A DNA stretch of 5,823 nucleotides from Nanopusillaceae archaeon (lineage in GTDB: Archaea > Nanobdellota > Nanobdellia > Nanobdellales > Nanobdellaceae), in assembly GCA_049973735.1 (NCBI GenBank), contig JBMFJL010000038.1, positions 1-5,823 on the forward strand, read 5' to 3'. Both the position numbers and the translations under genes were made by a program. Shown piece after piece: positions 5,540 to 5,823 of the stretch; the stretch's first letter is position 1; each line of letters opens with the position of its first letter. The notes under the pieces were generated by a model. It did not search any database, was not told the origin of the DNA, and saw only the letters and a program-made list of their open reading frames with translations.

Positions 5540-5823
5540 ATGATAGACAAGACATATATAGACTATATAAAAAATAAATTAAATGAATTTGAAGAAAAGA
5601 AAGATAAACTAATAAACTATGGAATAAAACTAAATAGGTTATCAAAGTCAACAATATATTCTATAATTAGAGGGGATATAGAAAAGGCAAAAGATTATAT
5701 AGTAGAAATGAAAAAATATAAGGAAGAAATAGAAAGGATAATAAGGGAAGAACCATCTTTATACAATAATGCATTGGTAAACTTTCAAGAATATGCAGAA
5801 GCAATAATATTTTACTATTTTAT
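5540..5823 (+). CDS. Translin/TRAX (C3PO-like) family protein, N-terminal 94 codons; continues beyond the right edge. Not in the supplied ORF track.
   Basis: ATG at 5540, 2 nt after the truD stop, and open to the end of the window: MIDKTYIDYIKNKLNEFEEKKDKLINYGIKLNRLSKSTIYSIIRGDIEKAKDYIVEMKKYKEEIERIIREEPSLYNNALVNFQEYAEAIIFYYF. The pattern sR..+.SK..I..+.RGD...A, followed later by QEY.EA, matches my recollection of the translin family (archaeal COG2178-type proteins). Confidence 0.7.
   Translation, partial: MIDKTYIDYIKNKLNEFEEKKDKLINYGIKLNRLSKSTIYSIIRGDIEKAKDYIVEMKKYKEEIERIIREEPSLYNNALVNFQEYAEAIIFYYF

Noticed and set aside
1-5823. Search for CRISPR repeats, transposase or integrase genes, terminal inverted repeats, toxin-antitoxin pairs or other accessory or defence modules
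   Set aside because: I found none. Apart from the coding low-complexity tract at 133-192 there are no regularly spaced repeats. Every sizeable ORF except the left-edge orphan has a housekeeping-type assignment.

Overview
Very AT-rich window (roughly a quarter G+C by eye, not computed), tightly packed, with archaeal-type genes. Standard code: TGG is used for Trp and TAA/TGA as stops.

Layout, left to right:
(1) A 532-codon open frame on the minus strand (1596 down to 1). It runs off the left edge and is missing from the supplied ORF track. I cannot place it in any family.
(2) A 53-bp divergent intergenic spacer.
(3) A DJ-1/PfpI-fold protein (1650-2189, +) that appears to have lost the catalytic Cys-His.
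(4) A GC-rich class II tRNA-Ser(CGA) on the minus strand (2196-2279), only 6 bp from the preceding stop codon.
(5) A co-directional, overlapping or abutting plus-strand cluster: archaeal/eukaryotic-type tryptophanyl-tRNA synthetase, an MscS-like mechanosensitive channel, tRNA pseudouridine synthase TruD, and the 5' part of a translin/C3PO-family protein that runs off the right edge.

I saw no CRISPR array, transposase, integrase or recognisable defence or secretion genes.

A tRNA of about 67% G+C in an AT-rich background, together with short proteins and overlapping genes, suggests a thermophilic archaeon with a reduced genome. Nanoarchaeota/DPANN-like is my guess, not a demonstrated assignment.

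Most of the window is housekeeping. The only real candidates for novelty are the large orphan ORF at the left edge and its divergently paired, active-site-less DJ-1/PfpI homologue. Neither can be assigned a function from sequence alone.
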